A stretch of 64,000 bases of DNA. Source: Ramazzottius varieornatus. Its lineage: Eukaryota; Animalia; Tardigrada. Below, piece after piece: positions 25,015-39,001 of the stretch. Positions within the stretch are counted from its first letter, which is position 1; every line of letters starts with the position of its first letter. The stretch is taken from positions 3,283,826 through 3,347,825 of the forward strand of contig BDGG01000002.1 in assembly GCA_001949185.1 (NCBI GenBank), written 5' to 3'. A program made the translations under genes and the position numbers. The notes beneath the pieces are model-generated. The model was not told where the DNA came from and searched no databases. It saw only the letters and a list, made by a program, of their open reading frames with translations.

Positions 25015-28000
25015 ATGACTATTTGGGTCTGTGGGTTACTTTTGGTTGGTTGCGTCACGGTGGCAAGTGGTCAGTTTTACAACGTCACCTTGCTCCCATT
25101 CGGACCTAACTATGGCCTTTTCAAAACCTATCGCCCTTTCCGTGCAGCCTTTGAATTAATTGCCCGGCACATAAAGGAACGCTATCCTCGCGTTGCGGAT
25201 TACATATCAATCGTGTCGCTGTACTATGAAAACACCGTCGAGGACAACTGTCTTATTGAATCTGGCTCCACAACAGCAACCCTTCCACTTTTCCAGCACT
25301 ACTTCAAAAACATAAGTGTGGAAGAGGTCTCATTTCCCGTACTGATTCCTACCTTCTGTAAGTGACAGATTTTAAAGGCTGGTTTATCTTCTGGCATGGT
25401 CCTGCGGAAGACTTAAACAGAGTACCGTATCCGATCCTCGGGTTCTTTTTACCGCAGCATGCACAGAGGGCGTTGTGGATGAGATAGCTTCCTTCTTCAG
25501 AGGTACACTGCTGGCCAATATTGTAACTTCCTGATCTCGTACATTATGAAGTCAAGTAACAGGACAGGGTAGGGAATTTTTTTCAGAGACTAATTTACCT
25601 GTTGTGTCCGGTGAACAATCGAATGCGCTGAGTGACCGTGAGGACTTCTCAAACGTGCTAAACCTCAATCCATCTCCCATTGGCATGTATCTCAATGCGC
25701 TGCTAGCACTGAGTCGGCGCTACAAATGGAGTAAGATAGCGTACGTGTGCTGGTGTCCTACGAGGACTCCCGCTTGCCAGGAGTCGGGAAATGAGGACGG
25801 TCCTCTGCAGTCGCTTCTGTGTGACTACCTAACAACGGTCACGCCAGCACTCAGCGCGTCCCGGGGATATTCTTTCGCCTTGAAATACCTGACCACTGAT
25901 GGGTCGTCCCCAGATTATTCGATCCTGGACAACCCCGACTTGCTATCGTGCCGAGGTACGCCTTAATCGCAGCCACGTCCTAATGTATCTGATTCAGTAA
26001 CGTGAGGTTTACTCCGTAGTGATCATTGTTCTGTCTGAGCATCGTCTACGGGACTTCATGGTGAGGAACGCTCAATGCAATTTTGCGTCAGGAGGTGTCA
26101 TCGCAAGGCGCTGAGCGTGATAACAAGCGAATTCACTTTCAGATAAAAGCTTTCGAAAGAGGGATGACGAACGGGGAATACGTGAGTATATCTGTTCTGT
26201 TTCAAGAGGCACACCGATATACCTGGATCTCTCGTAGGTATTTCTTGCTGTTGGGGTGGCGTTACCTCCAGAGGAATTTACCGCCGTTTATTCCCCAGAA
26301 AAAGGGGACGGATTTAATTTGGTGGGCACATGTATACTCATACAGTACTATTAGTAGAATCACCAGTCCAATTCAATACTGATACTGGGACGATTTTATT
26401 TTACCACAGAAGGCAAGGATGGCTTTCAGATCACTCATCATCATTTTCGAAGCGGGTGTAGATTGGGAATCTACTGACGTCAAGAACTTCATACAGCAAT
26501 GTGATCAATTGAGCCATGAACTGTTCAATACAACCATGACCCCAAAGGAAATGGTAGGTGAGACCGGTACTGCAGAGTGCATACATTGGGAGGTTGTCCA
26601 CGGCGGTTAGAGCAAAGCAATTCTCGTTTCCCAGTATGTGACACCGTCCTTTCTGACAACGGAGTACTTGCTTTTGATCGCGGATGTAAGTTCGTCTGTA
26701 CGAAGCAGTTTCTTAGATCGTTGCATATATAGTCACACGCACAGTGTATGTTCGTAAACCGCATCTCATCTAATATTGTGCTCTAATTACCGCGTCTTCA
26801 GGCGTTAAACCAAACCTCTGACTGGACTCCTCTGATGAGCTTCCCACTTTCAATATTAGATTTTGCCCTCAACAAAACATACAACTTGATATCGGGGAAG
26901 TATCACATCGACAGCAAGGGCTTTCTTTCTAAACCGGTTCCCATCAGAAGATACAACGAGGTTTCGCGAAATTTTGAGGTACAGTACAAGTAACCAGAAC
27001 ACATTTCCTAAACCTTTTCACAATTTACAGACGGCGTAATTCACCGTTTCTACAGACGTTCCTCTGGTACTACCAAAGAGATGTCGATGACGGCGGTCAA
27101 CTCCAACCGGCTTTCGAGGATTCAGAACGATGGTTTGGATACAAGTCCCCTCCACCGGATCGTCATGAGTGCCAGCAGGATGTTCGTGGAATCTCATGCT
27201 TCTGGCTGAACCATCCAGGTTCGAGCAAGCCATTGGGTAGAACCAGTGGACAGACGTCTATGAGTCCATGATTTCTTTATGTAGGAGCAAGAGATGCTAT
27301 AATTTCATGCGGGATTATTTTTCTCGTTATTAATGCTGTGTACGTGTTTTATCGAAGGTATGTAAAAAAGCTGGAAACTTCTGCGCGCTACAGAACGTTT
27401 TGATGCTTCCGGCCTTGCTTTAACTTTGCTTCTCTGTGCAGACATCTGTCCCATCGGAGAGAGTTCAACCACCTTTTCCTCGACAAATGGACAGAAGTGA
27501 ATTTGCAGAAGCTAAATACCTACAACAATGCAGCGTCCACTGTCCAGATGCATCGAAGTGAAGCAGCACTCGGAATCTGGACTTCGTTCAACGAAACTAA
27601 TGCTTTTGCCAAGAATATAAAAAGTGAAATCACCATGCGAGAAGCCAGATTCAACAATCAGTTTGCTAACCACTTACTCACAGTGAGATTCCCTGCTTTT
27701 CATTTTCTAATTTTTATTTATTGCTGCAGGAAAGGTTCGTGAATTTATGCCCTAGGTTCATGCAATCAAGCACCGCAACGTGGCTGAATTCTACGGAGTG
27801 ACTTTTCAGTTGCAAGAATGTTACGCCCTCGGCGCCTACAGTCAACGGGGAAGTTTAGCCACCCTGGTTCAATCCGTCGATCTGCTTTCAGACATGACTT
27901 TCAGGTTACATTTCATCCGTGACATCGTCGATGGACTTCAAGTGGTCCATCAGTCCGCCCTGAAATACCATGGGAATTTCGAACTGGCACTTGTGCTAGT

Positions 28001-29463
28001 GGATAATCATTTCACGTGCCAAGTGGCGCAAGCCGGCTACCAACACATGGCCGACGCTTTGAACAAAGTGTCATACGAAGGCAACAGCCACGAAGTGTCC
28101 CAACAAGCCAAGGATATCCGCCAGCTCGGGATAGCCCTCGAGGAGCTGACATCGCACTCACCTGTGAATAAGTCCGAATTGTCTGACACGCACGTTCACG
28201 TTAACAATGATGTGTCAACTAACCTCCATATACTGGTGGAGCAATGTCAGCTAGAATCTGAATGGCAAAGACCCAGAATGCCGGTCATACGTCAAACGAT
28301 CAGACCGATGATTGCGAAGAACTCGAGCATTGTGGAATTGCTGATCACTACGCTCGGTAAACACGCGGAGAGCTTGCAGCGCGTCGTCGGTGAGCGGACG
28401 GCTGCGTTGGTGGAGGAGACTCGAAAAGTGGATGAGCTCTTGGAACAAATGTTGCCTCGGTGAGCAAATTACCACAAAAGGAACGACTCTAAAATTCGCT
28501 AAGTAACCCTTTTCTTTTAGGCTGGTCATTCGCCAACTACGCAATCGTGAAACGGTGGAAGCAGAATTTTTCGACAGTGCCACAATACTGTTTAGCGACA
28601 TTCCCGCTTTTGCGGATGTGGTACAAAGAAGCACTCCGCTCATGGTTGTTGACTTTCTAAATGCGGTATACTCGAAACTCGATGGGACGTTAGCTCACAG
28701 AGATGTATACAAAGTGGAAACTATCAACGATTCCTATGTGGTAAACCTGAAGCGCGGGGCATTTTCCGTCATTCTTGCATGCGTAGTGTTTTCATGCGCC
28801 ACTGTTCAACGTGACGTCTGGGTTGCAGGTAGTGAGTGGCATTCCCATTCCCAACGGACTACGGCATGCCCACGAAATTTGCTCCTTGTCGCTGGAGCTA
28901 CAGCACGTTACGACAGATATAACTATAACCCAACAAGACGACTTAAAAGTCCACCTCCGAATAGGGATTAACAGTGGCAAGTGGCGCCTCCCGGCGATCA
29001 CAATGTAGGAGCCTGCGTATACTGCAGTATAAAGACGATGTGTTCTGCAGGTCCCATTGCCGCCGGTCTGGTGGGGACCCGCATGCCGCGATACTGTCTG
29101 TAAGTAAATTTTCACATAGAAACCTTCGGGTTAATGCTGTCAGTATCAATGCCGTACTCCCCTGCATTTGAAGGTTCGGGGATGCCATCAACACCGCTAG
29201 CCGGATGGAGTCGCATGGAACCGCCAACAAGATCCATGTCAGCACGGCGACCCATGATCTGATCACCGCCCAGCGTTACGGTGGTTTCAGGTTCGAAGAC
29301 CGAGGATATGTTGAGATCAAGGTGACGATACGTCTACTGTAAATTAAGTTTGCCCGACTTTCAACTGCTAATCGTACGTTCTGTTGTCGATGAACAGGGC
29401 AAAGGCAAACTTCGGACCTACTGGCTCCTGAGCGGGGAAAGCCCGACGTCATACAGTAGATAA
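25015..29463 (+). CDS. Receptor-type (membrane) guanylate cyclase
   Basis: Signal peptide, ANF-receptor ectodomain exons (AFERGMTNGEY, SPPDRHEC), TM (~27285-27357), degenerate kinase-homology domain, coiled coil (VGERTAALVEETRKVDELLEQMLP) and cyclase domain (FSDIPAF, YKVETINDSY, RIGINSG|PIAAGLVGTRMPRYCL|FGDAINTASRMES, KGKGKLRTYWL). Confidence 0.92.
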
Positions 29464-29768
29464 CTTCCCTTAAATATGCATCATCTACCTCAGCGATTCC
29501 AGATAACTTTCGCACGCATATATATCGGTGGCACTGCGACTGAGTCCAACACAGTGTTTGGTCTACGGTCTTACAGTATGTAACGGACAGTCTCTAACTA
29601 CTCTGAAACACAAAGAAAGTCCGTAAAATATCACAGTTTTCATTTCGAAAAAAGTATAGCTAATCTCATGCTTGCCGATGGATCAGGTACAAACTAAAGG
29701 GTCTTCTAGCTCGCATCTCATGGGGCAGACCCATGCAACACCGAAAATACAATCTTAGTGAGTCCCTC

Positions 29769-31753
29769 TCACTTTCTCCGCCCAATGGTCCTAAGAACGT
29801 ACAGCGTAGCCATTATCAGACCACCGACACAAATGGTGCCACCGCTGACAAAGAACAAAACAGTGTAGTTGTGTTCGGTAAATTCCAGAAAGTATCCCGA
29901 GCCGGGTATCCCGATCAGCGCCGCCAATCCTAACGAAAAGACGAAGAATCCACTGGATACGCCCACTTGCAGGGGTCCAACGATTTCAGCCATGACCACC
30001 GGCAAACCCACAAACGTAAACCCTGCAATAAGAAGCGTTCATGCATTCGTTTCGCATCCAGTACCATTTTAGTTATTGAGCAGTGAAGTCTACTGGTTTG
30101 GAAGACATACCGCCCCATAGTCCGTACGACGTCGAGAATGCTGTCATCAGGTCGTAGCTCCGGCAGAACACCGAGCACACTACGGTTGCACCGGCTAGAA
30201 GGATGGATATAGATACCGCAAAGACTTTATTCACAGAGTCTCTGTCCAACAACACCATTGCAATCAACCTTCCCAGGACATTTCCCACGCTGATCAATTT
30301 GAACAGGTGCGCCGCTTGTGTCTTGGTCAAGTACAGGTCAAAATTCACATACGATGTCACGAAGATCTGTACTGGGAAATATCCCAGCGCGAACAGGAAG
30401 CACGACGCCAGGAACATGTTGAAATACAGCATACGGAAGATGCGCAAGTTGAAGCGGGGTCTCGAAGCTGTCTGTGACGTGACTGAGTACTTCCGTTCGC
30501 GCTCTAATGGCGGAAAGTAATCTGGAGCTGGATGAAGCAATAAACCGAAAACGCAGCCATTAAGGATCATTCCACCAAGCACGAGGAACGCTCCGTGCAG
30601 ACCGTACTCGTACAATAGAACCTCCATAACGACCGAGTAGAGGAACATGCCCAGGCCGCCGGCGCACACCGATGCCCCCACAGCCAGAGCGCGCCGTCTG
30701 TCGAACCAGGATGTAACGGAGACAAGAGCAGGCAGCATCATGCAACCCAGACCGAAGCCTGAAATAGACGGACCAAACGTCAGTTCGGAGTAAAAACATT
30801 AAGCGATAGGGCGGATCTTTCGCCAAGAGGTAATTTATATTAGAGTAAACCTGGATGTCCAATGCTGACTTACGAACCAGTGAGTATTCCGAGCGAGAAC
30901 ATGAGGAAGAACACGCTGGTTGCGAAAAAGCTAATCACGGCGCCGACTGTGGCTAGAGTTGCTCCGAAGAAACATACAGCTCGAGCGCCAAAACGGTACA
31001 GCAGGTAGCTTGATATCGGACCTGCAACACTGAAAATGTGAAAAACGCTCAACCACAAGTATCGATTTACACGATATGGCGTAAGAAATTAGAAATAGGT
31101 GGTTGACTTGAAATGCAGCCCTTCCATCGCTTTGCCGGCTGGACGTTCAACTACCGGCTGAACACATTATTCCCCCAAGTGAATACGCGCAGAATTCTGA
31201 GAGCTCAAGCGAAAAGTTTTGCGAAAGGCGATAAAAACCTGTTCCGTGATCGAGAGACGCAAGATCGGGGTTTATTCGTTGGGTCATGTAATGAAGCAAT
31301 CACGGTAAGTCAAACTTATTATACGGCGTATTTGCCGGTTTTCGCTCTCCAGTATCAGGAATCTGGAGAATGTTGGTGAACCCGTTTACCTGTGAGCAAA
31401 GTATTCGCCATCATGATAGACGCGATCCATGACGTCTTGCCGGCAGACTCTTTGAACGTCTCCAGAAAGTATGGGAAGAACATACCCATGGAGAAGGAGA
31501 CGCCATCGCAGATGTTATAGAGACAACAGGAAGCCACCAGGATAATCCATGCATATCCCTGATCACGGCTGGGCCGGTTGCTCAACCCCGGAAATGTTCT
31601 CGACCGACGATAATCCGGCCCATGCTGCGTCTTCGCATCCTCATTGTGTTGCAAATTCACTGGTTGCTTCTCCTCAGGAGAAGCTCCATTGCCACCTTTC
31701 ACGGGATCAGTTTTGGGTCCCAGCTCCAGTGCGACAGATTCCGGTGCAGACAT
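29769..31753 (-). CDS. Monocarboxylate transporter (SLC16/MCT, MFS), 4 exons
   Basis: DQGYAWIILVAS motif, GPISSYLLYRFGAR and WFDRRRALAVG, with a ~12-TM hydrophobic pattern across exons ~31753-31390, 31022-30878, 30758-30110 and 30023-29769. Confidence 0.9.
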
Positions 31754-34700
31754 TGTACAGTACAACTATCGCCTCCAAGCGATAAAGAGGTTCGAGGCAT
31801 GGAATAGTCAAAATATGATTATTGCCATAAATAAAGACAATGCTGCTGTCAATACACAAATCGCAGATGGAAGTGGATCACAGTACTTTTCCGCCGACTT
31901 TGATCTTGCAGCTGTCGATTCATTACAGCTTAACCACGCTCGTTAAGAGCGACGTCCCTTTCTTAGAAGATATCGGACCGGCAGGCTGCGCTTCCGGTGT
32001 ACGTTGGTTTTTTCCATACTCGGGCCAGACTGAAGACGCAGTTGGGTTTCACCGACGGAGCTTGACATTGGGAAGGAAAACCTTCGAATCGCTGCATCGA
32101 TACGCTAACGCATGATGGCTCTGCTGATGTTCACTGCCCACAGCTCTGGTGATAGTGAGATGAAGTACGAGCGAAGGTACACAAGCACGGGCTCCTAACG
32201 TGCTCGCTTCGTGCGCTGGGTATGCTGGTACTTGAACAAGAGCACCAGGCTCGGAAAAAAGTAGTCCACCACAGTGTAGGCTAAATGAAGCCCCGACGAG
32301 CACGCGGATGAGCTACGAACAATTATATAACTTGTGTACGTATGTCATGAGGACGAGCTCGAGGGTCGTTAAACTGCTTAGTGCATTCCGCCCTGCGATG
32401 CGCAGCTGTGTGGTGGAATATGCTGGCTACGTTGTGGTATGCTCCGAAAGTGTTACAGTTGTTTACTAAAAATTCCCTTGAAAATGTCGCGCAGCCACGT
32501 GACAGACTAGTAAAGTTATTCCAGGGGAGTATTAAACGTTGATTTATGGGCCTTTCACGTGACTGCGAGAAAATTTAGTTTGCCAAATTCCGGGCCAGTT
32601 TGAACTTTCTCCTGGCTCCGTTCTTGTTCCTCTTGTTTCATAAAACCTTCGCAGCTCATGACGAGTCGTATTCGAGATTAGGATTTTTATCTCATTTAGA
32701 ATCGAGGGTTCTTGCCGAGCTTGCCCGCAGCCCGTCTGATGGGCTACGCAGGATGCTTGAGCGTGGTTTGCGGGAGCCTGTCAGCAGAGGGCACCACAAG
32801 CGTTCCCGAGGGCGGTGTTACTGTGTCGGCAGATGGCGAAGAGCGCTGGAAGTCTCTACTGAATGCTGTTACAAAAACAGTCATCAAAAGCTGCGAAGAA
32901 TAGATTCTGCTGTTGATATCTCTCTTTTAACATAGACAGGGAAGAGTAGGACCACATAGTGTCTCAGCTTCACATAGAGTTGGACCTACATGGTAGTTGG
33001 GCGAGCGAGCGCTTGAAAACTGCCGATGGTCCCTGTGTGGCTGCGATGTAGAGTCTTTGTTTCTGCTTTTCTGAATGCTCAGACAGAGAAAAGTTCAGGC
33101 AGGTATCTGCTTGCGATATTCTTGAACATCGATCTCGTGATAAAAACCTTGCTGAAATCTTAACAAAAAAAGAATAGAGGCAGGCTGAGCGGTGCTCTAC
33201 AGGACTATGAGTCGGATAAATAAAACAGACAGTTGGAATTTTCTCAATATCGGTAAGAGGTGCCGAGCACCTCTTACCGATATTGGATTAGATTTCGTGG
33301 GTAAGATTTGTGCGTGGAAAACTTTAGAGCAGGAACCAAGAACTCGACTGAGCTGGCTGAGCTCATCTTCTGCGGAATTTGGGAGATAGACGGCACATCT
33401 CCGAGGATTTTCTGGAGATCCTCGGGAAGTAGTTGTTCGCCTTTCTTCCCACTACTTTGTAGGGAGCCAAGAGTGCAGCTATCACGTAAAAGCATTAGTA
33501 TCGTGATCGGCGAATGACATGGTCTAAATGGTCTCTTGTTGGCGGATCTTGTGATGCAGATACGAACAACCTCCTTCACCCTTCCGATGGTGGAGGACAA
33601 GGTTGCGTCTTTGGTTGAAGTGTTCGCCAACTACACAGTAGGCGATACTCATCGTCTAAGGGATGAATCGGTTTTTCTCGGACAAAGCTCAGAGGGTGCA
33701 AAGTATGGCTTCCGGACATTATGCGGCAGCGCTGTGGGATATCTGCGTGATGAAATGGGAAGCTTGATTGTTCTACTCGTCCCTGGCCGTCAATGGCAGA
33801 GTTTTTGGAGGCTTCTCCAAGGAAACGTGCGGCAGTGGAACGCATGTCGCCGCCCAAAGCGACGACGATGGGGGGAAAGAATGATTTCCAATTCAATGAA
33901 ACCGTGCGTACTCAAATCAGTCCACGCTGTAACTTGGACCTTGTCCACGTCACAGCTAGCAGGAAGTACCGTACGAGTACAGCTTGATCTTCTGTCGTTA
34001 ACGGGACCATGCTGACAATCAAATTCCATATTTTTGTATGAGTAGGACCATGTTTGGAAGCAGGCGTCGCTCCGGGGACCGAAGCGTTTGAGTGGACAAG
34101 GATGGCTGAGGGTAGGACGCCAAGACCAAGTGATAGTAAATCAAGAAAAAGTTGATTTCCCAGATTAGCCACCAGACTTCTTGTGTGGGATTCTGCCGCC
34201 CTGGCCCCCTACCCACAGCAATTTCGCCCACTCACACACTTCGGTCCCCGAAACGACGCCTGTTTGGAAAAACCCATTGTCCTCCGGGAATCAAAGGTCA
34301 ATCTGCTTTCGAGGGAGGTAGTGGTTAATCAGAAGGAGCGGCATGGGCTTGCATCCCTCTTCAATACTGCTTACTGTAAACCTAATGGTGATTAAATTTA
34401 CGCAGACAACGGCTTATTTCTGCTGGACGTGTAAGACTGTCAAGTTACTCGAAACCATTTTGTTCGATCAACGAATGTGGGCTAAAAACCGATCGAAAAT
34501 TTTTCATTCGCTGTCAAAGAATCAAATCTGTTAGTTTTAATGATCAGTTACCATCAAAAACAGAAATATGAAGAGAAATTCTTCTTATTGTGTGCTGGGA
34601 TGCTGTCTCAATAAGATAGCACGAGCGGATTTTTTGCAAGCTTCGTACAGTGGCGCACAAACCTGATCTTGGCCAAAACATTCCGAAAGCGATCCTTAAT

Positions 34701-35094
34701 TTTCGGGTACTTCAAAGTTTTTCGAGTTTGGTTTTCCCTCAATCGTGCGATAGGATGAAATTTTTGGACAAGCATTCCAAGAACTAAAGCTGTTAATACC
34801 TGTGGACGCGATTTGAGAGCCGAGAAGCTACAGCGGAATGGTCTGTAGCACTCTTAAATCCGTCGAAATAATTAGAGTCAACCTGCGAACGTATACTCAT
34901 GTAGGCCATTTCACCATCATGTAATCTTAATTATTATTCTTTCGATCGGCGTACTGAGCGTGCAGTACCCAAATCACGTGCATCCAAAGCACGACTGTAA
35001 ACGGAAAACCTGACAAGTATACGGTGCGGGTTATTGACACCATCTGATGCATTAGGCGGAAAGATGGCTACAAGGTAGCAGTCAGCTACTAGCT

Positions 35095-36438
35095 AGCTCC
35101 GTTTCACGAGCAGCGTAATTTTGAATTTCGTCTCTCTAACTTCAGAGAAGATTCCAATCGAGCTGAAACCTTTTGTGCGACCATATTTGTCCATCAAAGC
35201 TATCAGATGGCCGTTGCAGAAAGTTGGGATCAGCTCTTAATCATCCCGCTACCAGGGAAGATCAGCTGATAAGATCTCCGCTTCCCGTCAGTATGGCCCG
35301 GTACGAGCTCGTACGCGTAAACTAAGCCCGGGCACAGGTGTGCCGCTGGTCTGTCAATCAACATGTATTCTGAATCAAAACGGGATGTTTTGCGGTCGGA
35401 CAATCAATGGATGTCAGTGCGGCAGCAACGACGTTTCAACCATTTCGCCAGGAGATTTTGGCCACTGTTGCAGTCACTGATTGTCGGACCGCGAAACATA
35501 TTCTGTTTCGATTTTGGATATGCGGTGATTGACTGGACCAGCCGCAAACTTGTTCCCGGGCTTACCAGGGATTTACGCCAGTCGGTCCACTCCAACTCTA
35601 AAAGCAATAAGATGGAAAAATAGAAAAGGGCTCACTCCATAAAACAGAGCAGACGGTATCGGCGGAACTAATTCCTGAACGCCACTGCGAAATCCGGGAA
35701 CAGAGGAACTATTGTCGTACACTGGCGTACAAGTCTGGTGCGATACTTCATTGACAATGAGGTGAACAGCTGATCGGATTTGACGTCGTTGTTGCTCCAA
35801 ATTGCGCACCATGAAGTATTACAGCTTCGAGACAGCAAGCTGTCTGGCGAACCACACACACTCTTCGCCGATCAGCTTATCACCTCCTTGTCAATCAGGA
35901 ATCAAATGAATGTGCATTACGTCAAAGCGGTNNNNNNNNNNNNNNNNNNNNNNNNNNNNNNNNNNNNNNNNNNNNNNNNNNCCTCCTTGTCAATCAGGAA
36001 TCAAATGAATGTGCATTACGTCAAAGCGGTCTGGTTACGTCATTGGGACGGAGCCGTACGGCCATTGTATCCCTGTTCCCGAATTTTGGCGTCCAGGAAT
36101 TATTTCCGCCGATGCTGCCTGCCTGTGATTATACAGTGAACTCTCGTCTACTTATATAGCGAATTGGTTTCAGAGTTGGAGTGGGCCGACTGGCGTAAAT
36201 CCTTTGTCAGTTTACGCGTACGAGCTCGTACCGGGCCATACTGACGGGAAGCAGAGATCTTATCAGCTGATCTTCCCCGGTAGCGGGATAACCAAGAGCT
36301 GATCCCAACTTTCTGCAACGACCATCTGATAGCTCTGATGGACAAATATGGTCGCACGAAAGGTTCCAGCTCGATTGGAATCTTCTCTGAAGTTAGAGAG
36401 ACAAAAATCCAAAGGTACGGTGCTCGTGAAACGGAGCT
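35095..36438. mobile_element. MITE family A copy carrying a nested inverted-repeat element (35569-36202)
   Basis: Ends match 568-1242. Inner TIR ggatttacgccagtcggtccactccaactct / agagttggagtgggccgactggcgtaaatcc. Confidence 0.8.
35932..35981. other. Assembly gap (50 N)
   Basis: Run of N with the same 49-mer on both sides (35883-35931 and 35982-36030). Confidence 0.99.
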
Positions 36439-39001
36439 TGGCGAGTTAATACCACAGTAACCACACACAGCAACCTTGCGAAAAAATGTAGGACGATTTT
36501 TTCTTCCGCGTTGCATCTTCATCTTGTTTCTCTGCATCGTATCTGTGCTCCCGCCGCAATCAGTTAACCTCGAACAAACCGTCATGGACGAATAAGTATC
36601 TAAGTTTTTATTAGCTATGAAACGCGCGAATTCGAAATCATCGTCGGACTTTTTTGACAAAGGTTCAAAAGATAGCCTCGGGTTCCATCCTAACTGCCGC
36701 AGCCCAGCAGACGTTCTTTTCTTTCAGCAATGTGGTTCAGGTGCGGGAGTGCCATCGCGCGAAATCAGATGCTCATTTGATTCCAGCGCAAAGAGAAAAT
36801 GCATGGAAAACATGCACACCCGGAAGAAGAAGAACCTTACGACGACTTCCGGCGTTTGGAGCGTACCCACAATTTCGCCCAGCGAGTATGGATTGCAATC
36901 ACCATTCTTTCCCAGTAGCACTTCTCCTGACATCGTTAGCAGCAGATACCATGGGCTAGGAAGCGTAATGCACCCGGCACTGGGAAAATTCAACGAGTAA
37001 GTATGCCCCTAGTATGAAACCTGTTATGCGAACCGTGATGTAGTATTCGTGTCGAGAGCGAGGAAGTGTTTTGATGAAACGACGCTGGTTTTTCCAAAGG
37101 CGCTTTTGGCAAAATTCCAAATTGTTCAGGGAACGACTTTTTCTGGAGGGGTGTTGGACGCACGTTCTAAACGGCTGGATACAGTCATCTAGAGCATTCT
37201 CTCCAGTAGTCAGGAGCACAAACGAGGAAGCCATATGAAAACGAAACGTGCTTCAATTCACTCTGCGAATATCTTATTTCTGTTCAATATAAGATGTGAT
37301 TATCGGTTGGTCAAAATCTATATCGAGACTGGGAATTTCGGAGGGATTTTTTGCGCTAAAATTAACTTGAAATATATTTTTATGTGTCGTATGCTTATTT
37401 TCCTAAAATCCCGCACTGAGTACTCCCGTCACGAGTGAATGCGCGGTTAGTAGCGCACCATGAATCACGTTTGTGCGCGAGTATGATAGGGCAAGGCACT
37501 GCGTACCATGCTGACCTGCGTTGATCGGGTTTGTACGATGACTAACGCAATTGATTAGTTGGCGGAATCGCCAAGTTTGGTTAAGGTAAAGCTGGGGTCC
37601 TGCTTACATTTCGGCCACTGGTCCAACCTCCGGTTTGAGTGCCAAGCGTGCCAACTTTAAGTGTACGCGTATCTGAATGTTCCCGAGATCCTCATGTCAA
37701 AAAGTCGCCATGACCAAAAGCGCCAGTTAGCAAAAACCAGCGTCAAATGGTAACTGTCAAACATCAGCTCAGCCTCGGTGCGACCCGGTCATTGATTTTC
37801 TTTTCTATAACTTGCATTGCCCAGCATGGTATAAGGGTCTCAAGAAGTTTGACTTGTCATACTCGAGCTCGCATGTCATATAGTATAAACTCGAGACCCT
37901 CTCGAGAAATCAGAAATTCTGTTGTTGGCGTACTGCTCAACCTACACTGAAAGATTCTCTCGCTAGCCCGCGATAGCATCCGTTATAATCAGAGTCTTGA
38001 AAAACGCCAAGATGACCATGCGTGAGCTTATTACAGAATACAAACGCACCCACCAGGAGCAGGATATCCTTCGCACTCCGACGGCCTGGAGCTCGTAATC
38101 CAGCGGCAACCGGCAAAACATCACAGGGGTAAGACTCTTTGCAATCTGTTACCCCCGACAATCTTTATCCTCAAATATTTTCTATTTGCGAGGCTCGATT
38201 TTGCGGTAAAGCTGTATTACTTCATTTTCAGCTCGTTACCATAAAGAAGGTAGTCGTGGATGCGTCAAAGATACGACCGGAAAATCATGCCCCGCGATAC
38301 AAGTAAGTGGCCTCATGCATCTTTATTATCCAACTGTAAGCATGAACGTAGGAGCTATTAATATATCACGTTAGGTATAATTTCAGCTGAAGGGCCTGGA
38401 TTAATTTGGACCCCGAGGACCACGCATTACCTCTTCGGTTCTTCAGGTGTACATCGGAATCGAAACTGGGGGTGCTTATCCGCACCCTCTGTACCGTATC
38501 CATCACGTACACAGCAAAACCTTCTTGCCGTGTCGCGAGATGCGGGTGGACAAAAACACTCCGCTCTTACAGATGGATATCCCGCTAGAAAACGATGGCT
38601 TTGTCAGGTAAATGATGACGTCATAACATCCATGGATGCCGCCAGTCAAAAAGTTCGTGTCATGATCCGTCAGTAGGGAGTACCCACTTGGGTATCAGAC
38701 CCTCTGTTTTGGGGTCCAACCGGAAACGGTCTTTCCACTATATTGTGTGTCACTTTGGAACTGCTAACATTTTAACTTGACTCAAATTTATTCCCTGCGT
38801 TTTCTTACAATGTATTTTCGGATTAGAATTCCCTGCGTGGACGAGGCTGTCGTTTGGACCATCCTCCAGGTACTGAGGACAATACTGTTTGTAAAATAGT
38901 TGTGGAGACATAAATTTCATTTTGCGCTATTTTGAAGGCAGGAAGATTACGATATCGCCGACCGAACACCAAAGACAATCAAAAACATTAAACGACCTGC
39001 A

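Noticed and set aside
35883-36030. 49-bp direct repeat around the N run
   Set aside because: Identical sequence on both sides of a fixed 50-N gap indicates an unmerged contig overlap, not biology.
38387-38607. Cys/His-containing segment first read as an hAT zinc finger
   Set aside because: It aligns exon-for-exon with the PHPLYRIH exon of the downstream NFAT paralog.
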